Source: Azolla caroliniana (Eukaryota > Plantae > Polypodiophyta). Taken from it: a stretch of DNA of 64,000 nucleotides. Under the pieces are notes generated by a model that saw only the letters and a list, made by a program, of their open reading frames with translations, ran no database searches and had not been told where the DNA came from. The position numbers and the translations under genes were made by a program. Positions 62,974 to 64,000 of this stretch are shown piece after piece (the first letter of the stretch is position 1; every line of letters begins with the position of its first letter). The stretch lies in contig JBHGNT010000004.1 of NCBI GenBank assembly GCA_043228905.1, positions 4,960,001-5,024,000 of the forward strand, in the 5' to 3' direction.

Positions 62974-64000
62974 AACTTCTTTATAGTGAACTTATTTGGG
63001 GATCAGCATAAAAAACATTACAACAGATTCCATATCTCACTTCTGTCCACTTATACTTTAATGTTTTGATATCATAAATAGTCTGAAACGTTGTTGGGCT
63101 TTGCCTTTAATTCTTTGATGATGTAAGAGAATTGGATGCATGAAGGGTGCTAGATTCTAGGGTTTTGGGCAATTTATGGTTAATAAAAGGCAGATATTTA
63201 TACTTCTTGCCAAGTCAATTTTGGCACTGCACATATTTTGAACTGTTTTTAACAAATTCTTGTTTGCCTTCCATTATCCTTTCTGCAGCTTGCTTCACCT
63301 CTCACTCTTCTCATATCCTTGTATGTCCATTAGGTACTCTGTTTCACACATGCAAAATACCTTTAATCTTTCTGTTAATGTCATGAAATTCTATTTTGGG
63401 TTTGATGTGAATAAGTACTCCTGTAAGACACATATTTCTCATGGAAATATTAAAGCTGTAGCCATTACTTCAATGGTCATGTGTCTTCCAATGATGTAAT
63501 GGGATGTATATATTCTATTCTCTCTTTTAGGAATTATAACCTTTTGATGTTGTTTTGCAAGCTTATATTATCATGTACATTTTGTTACCCTTTCTCTTGC
63601 AATAGAAATATCATGGGTTGATATAGTTTGAAGGAGTAGTAGCTAAATATATATCTATTGGAAAGCAACCAAGTATTCAATATTTTTGCTATTCAGATGC
63701 TAGATTTAGGTTATCATTATCCCAACAGTTTATAAGTAATCATTTTACGTGTTGTCTGTGAACGTTGTTACATATATTAATGTGTAATCATTTTAAGTGA
63801 GCTTTACTTTAATTCGATAGTATCATTTCATTGGTTATGTGGTGAAATTTATTTTTTTATTTAGTGTCAGAAAGTTTGCTAAATTGAATCATGTTATATC
63901 TGGTTTTGAAATTATAATTTTTCAGTAATATTGGTTTTCCACAACACTATTGTAATTGGAATACATTTTATTGTATGGACGAAATTGTCAACATGTGTTG

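Overview
Eukaryotic nuclear DNA from a land plant, most likely a non-seed plant such as a fern or lycophyte (inferred from Tcn1-like chromoviruses and long TE-filled introns). Most of the window is nested, mostly decayed retrotransposons: a non-chromovirus Gypsy with an extra 3' ORF (1-7157), three related Tcn1-like chromoviruses (7310-24157, one interrupted by a Tnt1-like Copia), Gypsy gag/protease remnants, a LINE, three more Copia elements, a solo LTR, and a very young 3.3-kb Gag-only element with apparently identical LTRs. Two host genes can be spliced together by hand. One is a 10-exon SBT2-type subtilisin-like protease (28465-35291, with a GC-AG intron). The other is an 84-aa mitochondrial complex I subunit B14.5b/NDUFC2 homologue (47118-62973), absent from the ORF track, whose ~14.9-kb second intron holds a stack of LTR elements. 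The most unusual signals are cis-elements in the Gypsy elements: tRNA-spaced Pol III A-box/B-box cassettes in LTRs of two families, a tRNA-independent self-priming PBS, and a conserved -1 frameshift cassette. All calls were read by eye; no database searches were run.
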